Below, piece after piece: positions 1-12,931 of a stretch of 64,000 nucleotides of DNA (the first letter of the stretch is position 1; each line of letters opens with the position of its first letter). Origin of the DNA: Paraphysomonas bandaiensis (Eukaryota; Protista; Chrysophyceae); assembly GCA_965644295.1 (NCBI GenBank), contig CBFFRP010000167.1:62001-126000 (forward strand), given 5' to 3'. Position numbers and translations under genes: made by a program. Below the pieces are notes generated by a model. The model was not told where the DNA came from. It did not search any database and saw nothing but the letters and a program-made list of their open reading frames with translations.

Positions 1-345
1 CCTTTTTTTCCCATATCCTGATGCGTCATTCTTACCCTCCATGAAAATAATTCATAAGAATGACATACTCTGTATTCCAAGTGAATACAGTGGAAAAATA
101 ATATTAACGTATATTTAGATTAGGGTGTATGCGATATAAGTATGTGTTAAAAACAAATGTATTCCGTATGTACGTATATTGGTATACTCTACACGTATGA
201 ATAGGCGCTAGAGAATACCTGGAATATTATAGCAGCAGCAGTGTGTGAGTGTATGATACGAGCGACAGGAACTGAGCTCACTAGATAGATAGGAACATAC
301 ACATATATATAGCCATACGGCGTGAATCTTAAAGAACCGTAAAAC

Positions 346-1541
346 ATGAGTTTATCGACCACATCAGCATCAATCACACCATACTATGGACGAACTATGG
401 TTCTTGGTAGTAACGATGCGGAGGTAAAGGAGACTATGTCTCAGCTATCTCTCTTGTCAGGTGAACTCTCTCAACAACACTATAGAACTAATGGATCAGA
501 GTGGAAAGCACTACAAGAGAGTGTTAATTCAATTGCTAATCATATTGCTGGAGGGGAGTATAGAGTTGATCTGTATAAACTGAATCTGCTACGGAATGCA
601 GTTATTCCCTATATACGAAAACTGAAATCTCGACTTATACTGAATAAAGCACGGTTCTCTCAGATACAAACACTTCTAAACCTTTTATCATGTGATGTAA
701 ATAATGGGCATTCGATTGGTGATGATCACCCTGCTGTGACGCTTCTAATGATCGATGACATAGTGGCTAGTATAGTGCGGGAGGGTGGATGGTGGAAGAG
801 CGAATTTGCATCTCAACTTCAGGTGGCTGTCGATTATGAATGGCGACCGATACTCGATGACAATAGGCACGTATATAAACGAATTAGCACTCTGCTGTTG
901 TATATTGTATAATTTCCTGAGCTTCCACCTGACAATTACGTGATCTATTTTTTTCATGCAGGCGGGCGCTGCAGAGTATTGGGAGTAAGCTTGCGGCGGT
1001 TGGGCTAATTGAAATTGTCCGTCCTGTGCTACTTGTGTGGCCCATATGGATGATTGTAACCGAAGTTCTTACTATCGTCCGCAGTGTTAATGAAAAACGT
1101 GGCCTGCATCCAGACTCTATCATTCAGCTATGCAAATCTGCTGTACTGTTAGTTGTCGTGTATATCCTCATCATGCTGGTAGGGATGATGCCAGGGTTAG
1201 GATACTCAAGTATGCTTCTCGGGGCAGCGTGTTTAATGGTGTCGTCTACGCCTGCCCTGCTAAAGCACGCATGTCCATACATTGCCCCTAATCTAGCTCA
1301 ATTTCAGTTTGCAATTCATCAACTCGAAAAATTTGAAACGGGTACTTTGGGGGCTTTTCGGACAGCTTCCACGTCCTCAGAGAGACTTCGTCAAGAGCAG
1401 GGATTATGTGATATACGAGTCGAAGAGATATCGGAAGAAAATAAAGAATCACCCCACCGAGATTCTGATGAACCATCGGTCCATCACAGAAGTGATGGTG
1501 ATCAAATAGATACCACACTTGGAATTAGAAAAAGAAAGTAG
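346..1541 (+). CDS. Hypothetical membrane protein, probably 2 exons (ORFs 346-912 and 1026-1541 joined)
   Basis: A GT donor at 871 and an AG acceptor at 974 join the two ORFs in phase. The second part has 2-3 hydrophobic segments (SAVLLVVVYILIMLVGMM; MLLGAACLMV). No family recognised. Confidence 0.55.
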
Positions 1542-2020
1542 TGAATGATCTACAGTAATTTATGTTAACTAAAAGTGTATCGGTGTCGCTAGAGTATCTA
1601 TTCTATTCTACATAGCTATATCTGCTGCAAGATTGAATCGCTCGAAGCTTGTGTGGGAAATTACTTTGCGTTGTTGTAATGCACTACACATTTAATCATG
1701 CGTAGTATTTTAGAGAGCATTATGCATCTTCACTGCTAAACAAAAAGCTTCAAGTAGGCGACATACAATTGAAAACTATCTGACAGCATATTCTATGTCA
1801 TTAGGATCACTTAAATTGTGACTACATGCTACACAGCTACACAGGCATTCTATTTTCTATAGAAGAATGTTGTGTGAGAGTAAAAGGACAATATGTATAA
1901 TGCATTACATTAACATATAAACTACAATTATTAGTTCGACCCTATTGAAAATTATATTCCTATACAAGCACATATTCAGGTTAGGGCTATATATTACACT
2001 GGCATCAGCTATGCACAATT

Positions 2021-4498
2021 CTAAGGAGCGCATGATTCTATATCCTCTGTAGTTTGCGCAAATGTATACACTGTATCGCCACTCTGCTCTCTTCCATACA
2101 TATCAGCAGTTACTTTTAACCGAATATGATATTTAGTAGCTGCCTGAAGATTGGTTATCATGCAACCCCTCCCTTTACCACGATATACATCCACCCAATC
2201 TGATATAAAGGCATTTCCCGACTGTCGTATAGATACTACAACTAATCCTAAATCTTCGTAGAGGATACCCTGCGGGGAAGAAGAAGAATAGTCCACAGCA
2301 TTGATATTAACATCATGGATAGAACTCCAGCAAATCGTCAATGCATTTACATCGGTGTCAAGAATATTCACACTTATACGAGACGAGGAATTCGAACTGA
2401 TCTGACTAGAATGTCTAGGACAGGCCGCGCTTGCTGCATGCTTACCAAGGATGTCAGAGGGTTGTTGGGTACTGAGAGACTTGAGGAACTCAACAGCCCC
2501 CTTGGGGTCAGGAAGTGGAGTGACAAACATGAGATACCTACGCATATAAGTGTTACGCCCATCGGTTTTGGTGTACTGCAAATAACACAGAGTTTCGAAT
2601 ACCACATATCAGATATATACACATACAGCATATTTAACTGTACCGTAAAGGACCACCAGTCAAGGAAGGTGACACCTCAGTCATGCCAACTCTTGAACAC
2701 ACTAATACTCGCCAAAGCTTAGATACGCTTATCCAATGGCATGTTTGTTTTGTTAAGACATCTGGACTTATTCGCCACGGGCCAGGAGGGGCCTCACACC
2801 GAGTGACAAGAACCCTAGCAAAGAGAAGATCAACCCGGAGGACATAGTACCATTGTTTCGCACACTGTGCGGAGTGTGGGTAGTCGTAGGCATTATTTGC
2901 AAGACAAATAATATCAGAGACATGAATGCGTGCCGGACATGTGGACATCTCTTCAAACTGTCCTTGTATACCATGAGAAGAATCAACGCCTACAGCGGTT
3001 GGGTCTGCATGCAGGCTAGGTTCATATGTGTATTGTGCGCAAGGCACTGTCAGAGTGCGCTCTCTGTCACGAACATTGCTGAAGCCTTTACCAATATTTT
3101 TCCTACTACTTCTACTTCTCTCGCACTCCACACTATCTGTGGACTGCACCCAGTAGGACAGGTATGCATAGCGCAAACGCTCTTCGGCCTCGTCAATAAT
3201 TTGACGACAGAGGGGATCAAAATATATATCATCTCGAGGCACGCTATCACTAAGTGCCTCCGGATGATCTATATGATACAACTCTTCCCGTCGTTGGCAA
3301 AGAAATTGGCGTGCTCGAACAATTCCTGCTTCATCGCAGTTACTTGATGGGCGCAAAGATGTCCATGCTGCCAGACAATCAGCCTCCGATGTGGCAAATG
3401 CTTCACAACTGTGCAATGCCACAATATATATAAAAGTGAGATGAAAGAATGAAGTGTCTAAAGCACCATACCTGCGTGCCCACTCCCACCATACATGGAA
3501 CAAATCCCGTCCCCCGAGAGAAACCACACGAAGAGCGCGGCCAACGGACAACCAATGGTATCTGAGTACAGATCTGTGACATATAGAACTACCACATTCG
3601 CATTATATTCACACCTGCTTAGACTAAGTGTACTATGTATTAATTTTAAGCAATTTGAGGCCTTGATGAGAATTCGCTTCTTTTCCATCCACGCCTGTAC
3701 ATGTGCCGACCGTTGCATCTTAACAAGGTGGTCATCTGTGGCCACTCCACCAAGAATATCACCCATATTATAGCCCCCATCTCCCTCCTCCACTAACGAT
3801 CGGAGATGAGCCAAAGCTGCCTGTGCGTCTGGTTTTGGTAACTGAAAGGTACACCAGCGTTTGTCGCCCTCCGCCTGGATGCACTGACAAACACCGGGGT
3901 AGTGCTCAGGACAGTATGGCAGCACAAAGCGCTTCACAAGGCAGCCAACCAAGGACAAGGCATATATTTCTTTGTATTCCCTGCCTTTAAGCTTCGATTT
4001 TCGACGGGATGAATCAGCTCGGATCAACAGTATACTATTGGTGTGCGGTCGAACTTCATGTACTATCCACCACACATCAGGATATCGACGAAGGCATACC
4101 TCATCCCCCACCCGTACATCCGCCCGTATTTCACCACCGTCGTTCAGCTCCTTACCATTTGAATCAAGATAAACACACGGTACCCGCACAATATCTTCAC
4201 ATCCTTCAACATCACTGTCCTTATAATGAATCAACACCCATCCCACACCAGCTATAAGATCAAACGAAAACGGGCCCTTCAAGCGAGTGAAGGCCTGTTT
4301 CAATAACCGTCTACACACTGAAACGTCCATGTTAGATGTCTTCAACCACTCCAACAAATGGGCTTCGTTCAGTTTCGGACATATCGTGACTAGCAGAGCC
4401 ACTACACCCTCAAGCTCATCTATGTATTTATGGGGATTAAGCTTATGAAGAAGATCCAGGACTCTTCTCTGTAACTGCGTGTTCATGGCGTGGGCCAT
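2021..4498 (-). CDS. Multi-exon protein with a PriCT-2-like domain and C-terminal fibronectin type III-like domain(s)
   Basis: Minus-strand GT-AG introns at about 3562-3614, 3409-3471, 2576-2643 and 2402-2445 join ORFs 3458-4498, 2634-3551, 2374-2631 and 2021-2605 in phase. The spliced product reads RYHWLSVGRALRVVSLGGRDLFHVWWEWARSCEAFATSEADCLAAWTSL (PriCT-2-like) and DVYRGKGRGCMITNLQAATKYHIRLKV (FN3-like). Confidence 0.65.
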
Positions 4499-4635
4499 TT
4501 CGACGCGTTACTGTGCTTATGATGAAGAAGTTGAATATTATGATACTGGTGAAGAGAATGCATTATCAGATCAGATTATATCAACAGCTATACTATATAC
4601 TGCTGTATACAGTAGATACACTATCATATGCTCAG

Positions 4636-4747
4636 TACATGCATACATACATACATACATACATACATACATACATACATACATACATGCATACATACAT
4701 ACATACATACATACATACATACATACTTACATACATATATACATACA
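4636..4747. repeat. (TACA)n microsatellite, imperfect
   Basis: Visible run of catacatacatac with a few interruptions. Confidence 0.95.
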
Positions 4748-5028
4748 CGTATTGGCAGTCAGTATCTCAGTTTTCGGAAATAAATTGAAGCAAACATCGT
4801 CTATATAACCTACATACAACTACGGCTGGAATACAGATAATTGTTATCTCAATATTAGAGGCATCTTCGAACAAAAATATACAAAGGATGCTGATACACA
4901 TATCTATTGGAGAGGAAGGATACTGCAGGCAGCAGTTGGCAGTATAGATACAGTTTGGTGTCTAGAATTTACATTCCTGTGTGTACTGTACTGTTATAGA
5001 CGGTGCATAGCCACGCTTGTGCGGCAGT

Positions 5029-7748
5029 ATGGATTACACGGAGTTCATCAGGAGTGGAACGGCTCCCGATGGCAGTGAGAGGAGTGGAAAAACATCTGCT
5101 GATAGAGTGCGCCCTAAAACTAGAGGAGTAGTCAATGGTACCTCTGAATTAGCCGATCTGAACATGTGTTTGAAGATGGATAAGACACAGGGGACTGTAT
5201 CATCGAGTTATGAGTCATCTGATGATCCTGAGGGTGACTTTCAGTGTGATATAGAAACATGGGAGCCATCCCGCCGCATTAGACAGACACCTGCGGAACA
5301 GCCCAGTACTACACGCAAACCCAGATCCGCTTACACTCATGGTGACCCCATTAGCGCGGTATACTCTTCCCTATTCAAGCCTATTAAGTCTGGATCTCCC
5401 AAGAGGAGTCCCCGTGCGACTTCCACTGTAACACGTCCGGTGACCGAGCTTCATGCTGCTTACGGCATGCCAATCGGAGGTGCTAAACGAACGTTTACAC
5501 CCTCACTGTCAAGTCGGAAGAAATCTCCATCCCTTATGAGTACAGCCGAAGGGAAAGGAAAGTTTAGTGGTTCTCCGACCCTAAGCACGGTCGGTTCGAC
5601 TGAAGCTTATATCAGTACAGCATCTAGTGGGATGGTCCAACCTCCAGCTGACAACGAGAATACTACATCCACGAGCCCTGGGATTGGGCAACGGGTGAGC
5701 CCTAAATTGTTTACAGCAGCAACCTCCTCTCCGACTCACGTGACAGCTCAGTCATCGAGGGTGGGTGCTTGTCGTGTGTCAAAGACACAGGGTCCCGACC
5801 CCCCGGCAGTACGACCATTTACGTCATCCTCTAAAAATGCACAACAGTCAAGATATCGTGATGCGAACTCTAAGGGAATCTACAAACAGAGGTCAGAACA
5901 TATGCGAATCAATTCTGCAGGAGGAAAGCGTTGCGAGATACAAGGGACAACTCCAAGGCAGTTGCCGGTAAGTGTATCGAGTGCTGCTTCAGTAGGCTCC
6001 TCAGTAAATCTGGCTGACGCTTCTTCCGCTAAATCAACTGCTGCAGTGTCTTCATCCAACCAACTTTGGACAAGCTTAGACGTAGATCAAGTTATGGAAA
6101 CATGTGAAGGAAATGGAGTGAATTCATACTCTAGACAGGACAACAAGAAGTCGCAGCGCCCACAATCCCGGAAGCTGTATTTAGGTGCTGCTGGAGCTTG
6201 TACGGATAGTGGTGTGCTGCCTTTACGAGCGCCCCTCTCGGCTGGAGCAATTCCGCGACGAAAGATGGCTCATGAGTACAATATGACAGTCACACCTGAC
6301 ACTCAGAACAGTGACCCCGTACTTTCCGCAGCTGCCTCTTTAAACGAATTCGTAAAGCCCTCTACTCCTTGGCAGGGGTCAGTCGTTAACTATTGCGAGC
6401 GTCCCCCTTCCCGGCAACGGTCTGCTTTTCCCACCCACCTCGCAGATATGGACTCTGCCGAAAGCAGAAGTGCAAATCGGAATGGTCAGAAAAAATCTGC
6501 TTTCTGTGCTGTCGCAAACATCGATGATAGGTCCAACTCCCTTGCTTCGAACAGCAGCCCAAGATCATTTAAGCGGACCACAAGCACTCGGGAAAGTCCA
6601 CTGGGACGACCCCCATCGAGACAGCGAATTGCAGCACAGAATTTATGGGACGACGAAACAGAGATTGATGCCGAATTCTCTCAAACTTTAGCTGGATTGA
6701 CCTGTGAGCATACAACTCCAGATGAGGCGGGAATATCCAGTCCTGACCCTGGTCTCATCTCCCCACTTCTGACGCCATATGGATCATCCCTCAGTATAGG
6801 AGGGATTGTCGTGACGGACGATGTGGGGGCCAGTCATCATTCCCCCTCACCAAATCACTACCAACCACGTGACCGTGCGGAAAGAGCTCGCTCTGCCTTC
6901 GGCTCATCGCGCAGAGCCCCAATGTACGATCCTGCCGCCGACGGGTTCGCTGATTTAGACTCACGCTCTCACACTGCGCCTTTTAAAATTTGTGTACGTA
7001 ATTGCTCGTTTTATTTCATCATCTTTAATATATAGTAATCCTGTGTCCAGCTCAACCACTCTAGCCGGAAGAATTCTGGGGTGGCGAATGCTGATGACGA
7101 CGGAGACACATCTGTACAGAGTACATCACCATTTTCCCGGCCCAACAATGAGACGGTAGAAAGATTAAGAAGAGATAAATCACCACCTTCCCCTACGACC
7201 TACATGCAAGTCGACAGTGATAACAGTAGCCCCCAGTTTGAAGTGCATCAGCATACACCATTGCCGTTGGATGGGGTCGCGAATGTAGTTCGTCCATTGC
7301 CTATGGAGACGTCGAAATCAACACCCGCACTGATGAAACCGGCGAAGTACGAAAAGCCTGCAGCAGGAATGGTTACTATTGACTCGAATACAAGGAGTAT
7401 GAGTTCGGATGACATGGCTATTTACGGCGACTTGTCAACTGCAAATCGAATTCGAAAAACGCCCCAAGATTTTGTGGACGACACGTCTTTCCATGACGAG
7501 GACCTGACTGTGATGGTAGGTGGTAGTAAATGGCCTGTAACCTGACCACTCAGTGCATATTATGTAAACACAGACGTTGCACTCTGACGACGGAGACAAA
7601 TATATTTGTCCAGACACTGAAATGAATGCTTCACAGAGTCTCATGCTGGAAAGTAGCTTAGGAGAGGTTCGACTCAAGTCTTATTTTGTCATGTTCTCAT
7701 CGTATTATGTAGGACTTCTTAAATTTATTTGCTCAAGGTAGAAATTGA
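5029..7748 (+). CDS. Hypothetical Ser/Pro/Thr-rich, probably disordered protein, multi-exon
   Basis: Long ORF from ATG 5029, with further exons about 7050-7515, 7575-7666 and 7713-7748 bounded by GT/AG. RPPSRQR occurs twice and the protein ends SLGEDFLNLFAQGRN*. The 3' exon structure is uncertain. Confidence 0.65.
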
Positions 7749-8232
7749 TTTACTGTGAGTGGATGTTTATGGTTGTATGTGCGCTATGTGTATCCCGGAC
7801 TTGGTCGTGCGTTGAAAGGTATTTTCGTCGCACGTGAATTACGAATTCAGAAGAAGATTGACTTCTGTCACTACGATTAATGTATTTATTGGAGTAAACT
7901 ACACCTGTTTTTTGGTCATACCAAAGTGAACAGTGAGACTATGCAATCCCTTATTGATTGCTTTTAAAACGTATTATATTAAATTGGTGTTTATATGCAT
8001 GATTCCTAAGTAATCATCTACTTTTTCCTTTGACTGGGGTATAACACATATCTCAAGTTGCCGCCTCGAATAGTGGCAGTATCTTTACTGTGTAGATGAA
8101 TCCAGTTTCTCACACGCCGTTGACTTTGAAAATACTGCCATACTACTCGAAGTCATGAGATGTAAAGTACAGCTACTTAATATATTATATTTACAGCACA
8201 GTAATATTTTTATACACCTTATGTACTACTAC

Positions 8233-8808
8233 TCATTTCCTATTATTATTCTGATGTCGTTTACCCTTCTTACGAAATTTCTTTCCTTCAGATTGCCGCT
8301 GCTCACCCAATTGGCGCTCGTCGACCACTTCCGCTTGGGGATACAGGGCATGAATATTTTCCTGTGCCTCCCCAAGGTCGGTTTCGTGACGAATCTCCCT
8401 TTCAAACTGTTCGGCAGTTATAGTTCCTACAATTTAGTTAAATAGAGGTCTAAATACATTGATAATTCTACCTAATAGTCTTCTACACCCTGCATTGAAA
8501 ACGCTATAGGCACTTGCTTCTCCAGGGTTGCGATCTCCAAGATTAAAGTATATTATACAGAATATAGAGATGATGATACATATTCGTCCGACTTTAAACC
8601 ACACTGATAGAGCATAAACTAGCAACCACAAAAATAATATCATAAGATATCGTGTGTCAGGCAGCTCAGTGGTCCATATCACCCTCCATATGGTGTTGAA
8701 CTCAGCATACAGCACAAGCGATGTGTCGCGGGCCCATACGAGCATATACTTAACATCATCCAACCGAAATGGCTGTAGCTCATATAGAATAGCTCGAATA
8801 ACATTCAT
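8233..8808 (-). CDS. SAYSD1: SAYSvFN domain-containing membrane protein, 2 exons
   Basis: TM hairpin followed by GEASAYSVFNAGCRRLLG, then an intron (about 8428-8472), then GTITAEQFEREIR, the family signature. Confidence 0.88.
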
Positions 8809-9144
8809 TGGTATCTAGTACCAGGGCTTCTATCAGTGTCAGTAGACTCCTTTATGTAGGCTCTGCCAGTGCCAGCTACATCCTCTCTCAACAGTACATT
8901 TGTACTTGTGTACTGGTGTACTTGTAGAGCACTACACCTCTGGTACACATATACCGTACCTACGCAGATGAATACTCCAGTATGGGTACGCTATCAAGTA
9001 TACAGAGTATACTCTGCCTGCCAGTGCAAACTGAGTCAGATGCAGCTGTATGCGGTGTACCGTCCTGCAGTTAAGTCATTAACTAACCAGTGTGGCTGAA
9101 GAGGGTTAAAGGGCTGACCCGAGCAGCTCCTAAGTTCTTAAAAT

Positions 9145-9471
9145 ATGCGGGTCCATGATATTGTCAGGATCATATTAATGTTCTGTTCAGCCATTGCGGT
9201 TATGGGCATACGCGGGGAGATCATAAGCTGTCCAGGATGACGGTTAAACAGGCTTCCTGAAGTTAAGCGCTTTCTGAAGGAACCTGGACACGCAAACTCC
9301 TACCAAAACTTAAAGGTTAATTTTATTAGAGGGCGAAATCCTGATTTGTTCATATATAACGACAACGGTGATCTCACTGAAAAGATTGACTTATCACCAC
9401 TAACAACCAATGGCATTCATGAATTGGTGGTACAGAAAGGGTTTGTAAAGAAAGTGCATGTACAAGATTAA
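9145..9471 (+). CDS. SELENOM: Selenoprotein M / Sep15-SelM family thioredoxin-like protein, 108 aa, Sec at codon 32
   Basis: ATG 9145; signal-peptide-like MRVHDIVRIILMFCSAIAVMG; then EIISCPG-TGA(9238-9240)-RLNRLPEVKRFL...YQNLKVNFIRGRNPDLFIYNDNGDLTEKIDLSPLTTNGIHELVVQKGF; TAA 9469-9471. Matches the SelM CxxU-xLNRLxEVKxF pattern. Absent from the ORF track. Confidence 0.9.
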
Positions 9472-9508
9472 ATTATTTGTATGTCTTAAATGGATGCGCT
9501 GTAAGGAA

Positions 9509-9596
9509 AGTGCGGCAGTATAGATTCTAAACGATAGAATAGTACTATTGGGAATGACGTTCTGAATGAACTGAATCTAATATGTACTGTTGTATT
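9509..9596 (+). promoter_or_regulatory. Candidate SECIS-like stem-loop in the selenoprotein 3' UTR
   Basis: AGTGCGGCAGTA (9509-9520) pairs with TACTGTTGTATT (9585-9596, G-U pairs included). TAGATTC (9521-9527) pairs with GAATCTA (9573-9579). The inner stem AGAAT/GTTCT is flanked by GA dinucleotides. The core is not canonical. Confidence 0.4.
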
Positions 9597-11054
9597 GATT
9601 ATAAATAATTTATTAGCAAAAATATGTTGTGAGTTGTTAGACGAAATTGACGCCACATGTAATTATTATGCAGCTCCATGGTCAAGTGAAAGTAATTGAT
9701 CCTTCGCCCACAATATAAGATATTGACCTGCCTGCGTTTTCTGCGCCACAATAAATTTCAAGATCTAAAGTATACAACGTTAATGGAATATATGTACAAG
9801 TAAATCTGACCATATAGCTTGCAACAAAGGTGTATGGCTTATATGCTCCACAGTCGGAAGCAATTTTATATTACTTGCTTCATACACTTATTATTATATG
9901 AAATCCTCCTCTGTAACAATCAGTGGGCTCGTTTAAGGTGATACTAGTGGTTTAAAGCCGTTCAATGACATATATATTCTGACAATAAGCAATACGAATG
10001 ACATAGATGCAGTGCTGCAGTGGATAGTAGCATAGTAGCTTCCTTACGACGTCCACAGGGGACATATGACATATTATACATTTCAAACTATTATTGTGTA
10101 GCTGACCCTATTTGTATTATTATTCAAGGGATGACTGCATCTCATAAAAGTGATATTATGCAAACACATGGTTGCCAATTGTTGAGAGTTCCTAGCAAGT
10201 CAACTTCAATTTTCATAGACCTACAACAGCGCATACTGTAATATAGACATATTACAGCCATAACAGAATATGAATATAATGCAGTCAGCCCTAACTCGAA
10301 AAATTGCATAGTGCTCCACAGGTCTGGTGTGATCCCATGTTCATTTACGAAATATTGGAAAACAACTCGGGCTCTCCATCTAACTGCTCGAATAAAAGCA
10401 GCTGTTTCCGATAATAACTATATATGTACCGACACCACTCCGATCCTACCTCGATGTAAGCCGGCTAAGTCCCTCTGTATATATCTCTCTGTTGAGGTAT
10501 GATACTGTCTTTCACGATATTTCTGCATCTTCTCCATAGTTCCAATGATAGGTATTGATCATCACACACAGTCATCGCCCTAACAAGGTAATGATTTAGT
10601 TGCATACTAATGTATACCGAGGATAGTAATAATATCATAGGGCAATAAATATTAAGTTATGTATCAATGGTGTCATCTTGATATGTTTGTTAGTGTTCTC
10701 TGTAGAGGATATCTGACCCATATGTAGCTTATCCTCCTCACGCATTGGCTTGTATGATCTCCTATGGATACGCAGCACCAGAGGAAGCCAGAAAGAATTC
10801 GAATTCCTAGTACAAAAAACATGTTCGAAAAATCAACTAAACCAGAAACTGAAATGTCTCTTCATGATAGGCCGAGAGCTGTTTTTGAGTTGACTCCAAA
10901 GTATATGTTTTTGTGTGTAAAAGAATATATATATGTGTACATCCACCTTACATACACACACATATATATAATATATAAGCTGCAGTGTGTAAAGAAGAAA
11001 CAGAATTAATTTTGGTTTACGACATATAGATAGAGTTTCATAGCGTTATCCATC

Positions 11055-12168
11055 ATGGCTGCAGTTACTCCTGAAGACGTAAACACCCTCACCAGACCAA
11101 CTGATGGTAACTTGGTGTGTATTAGTATTGTGCATATGTAATGTTCTTTCAGGTTTCTTGTGCTCATTGCACGACAACAAATACAACATTGACTTTTTGT
11201 CCTTTACAATAAGTGATTATGACACGAAGAATGTTATCTTTGAGGTTGGTAAGGATTCTCCAGCCCCTCAAGATATGACTCTGGATTTCTCTACTCTGGG
11301 CGAGGACATGTACAGAAAAATTAAATATAATTTTTCCGAAGATGTGTTGCGCCTTCCGTTCATACAGACATCGTAAGGATGATTGTGATATATATGTTAT
11401 ATTTACTTATGATGTTTAGGTTGGTGTTTTCTGTCGGTGATCAGGAGGTTCACGACTTCCGCATGATAGAGCGTCATTACTTCCGTAACCAGGTATGTTA
11501 ATCGGACTGTTGCCTATAGTCCTTCTAAATACCACACAGCTTGTGAAGAGCTTCGATTTTGAATTTGGATTTTGTATTCCTGGCTCTGTAAATACCTGGG
11601 ATGCAGTTTATAGCGTGCCACCACTCTCTGATGAATTGAGTACGTACAGTAGTCGCCAATAATCCACTACTTACTTCTTTGTAGTCGATGATATGATAGC
11701 CAATCCATTCGAGACTCAGTCAGACAGCTTTTACTTCGTCGATAACTCTCTAATCATGCACAACAAGGCATCATACAAGGTACTGCCGAACAGTATGTCG
11801 GAAATAGAAGTTTGACATTTATGCAGTACATCCGAGAGGACAGCGCGCAGTCCAAGAAGAGCTACGAAGATAAGTATGGCGCAAAGGTAGTCCTTGGCTT
11901 CAGTGTCACTAGCAGCACTGGTAACTTTATTTCGTAGGGTGCAAAAGGCGCTAAGGGTGCGAAGGGAGCCAAAGGTGCCGCTGCCATCAAAGAAGAGGCC
12001 TACATCGACTCTGACGAGATTGGTGCCGACGAGAAGTCTGAGGCTAAGGGCTCCGGAAGAGGCGCCAAGGTGAGCAGCTCTGTGTTTCATAGCCTACATT
12101 TGTTTACTTTCTTGCTTTAGGGAAGCGCCAAGGAGGTTGTGTGGTCAAAGGAAGAGGATTACTTCTAG
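11055..12168 (+). CDS. UNC119: UNC119 (GMP-PDE delta family) lipid-binding chaperone with a C-terminal GAK-repeat extension, about 8 exons
   Basis: Spliced product contains [83 protein letters not shown] and [19 protein letters not shown]. Confidence 0.93.
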
Positions 12169-12931
12169 ATTTTAACTGTATTTGCAGTACAGTGGTTGAT
12201 TTATAGAAATGCCATGCAGGTGCATGCCGTTCGCCTTGTATGTAGGCTGTTTTGTAGGTTTGTGAAAATGCGTGAGTTATTTCTGACTGGTCAAAAAACT
12301 GCATATCTGTGTGATGCTAGTTTATCTAGCATGTAATAATGTTGAGTTCATGCTCATTTCCTTTATTTTCCCCGTCTAGTCTGTTTTATTCAAACATGAA
12401 TATAATGCGACTACTGTTACAAAGAGAATATTCATTTAGTAAATTGTGATTAACATATGTTTAGTAGAGAAGTTTCAGTAGAGTGCATTTCGCGCCTCCA
12501 CAGCAGTTAATTTATTCTATATATTATATATACGTCATACATCTGATCCTCAATTGGAGAAAAACAACATACAACTCAAATTTTAACTTATACTTTGTAA
12601 TATCGGTGTTGTATGTATGTGTTAACTACTACTTTTAGCGTAGAATAAGTTCTGTTCACTATGTATCCATGTATGCGAGCAAAAATATATGGATTAATGA
12701 ATCATATTATTACCATGACGAGGGTACACCATCTTTTCAATAATAACCCCGTACTTAACAGTTAACAGTATATATCTGTATAAAATATATTAGCAGAACA
12801 TATGCAACAAGACACGCAGCTAACAAAGCACCACGGTTCTCCCTATGATACAATTGGGAAAATATTAAAGCCATATAGGTTATTGGTATAAAATGTATAT
12901 GCTCTTCACTTCAGAGTGACACACGTCGGGC

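Noticed and set aside
867-961. Possible GC-AG intron (AG|GCACGT...GCAG) in the first gene
   Set aside because: A canonical GT-AG intron (871-974) also restores the frame, so it cannot be decided without transcripts.
9950-10900. Short ORFs between the selenoprotein and UNC119
   Set aside because: No consistent exon chain or recognisable motif. Possibly decayed sequence, but not supportable.
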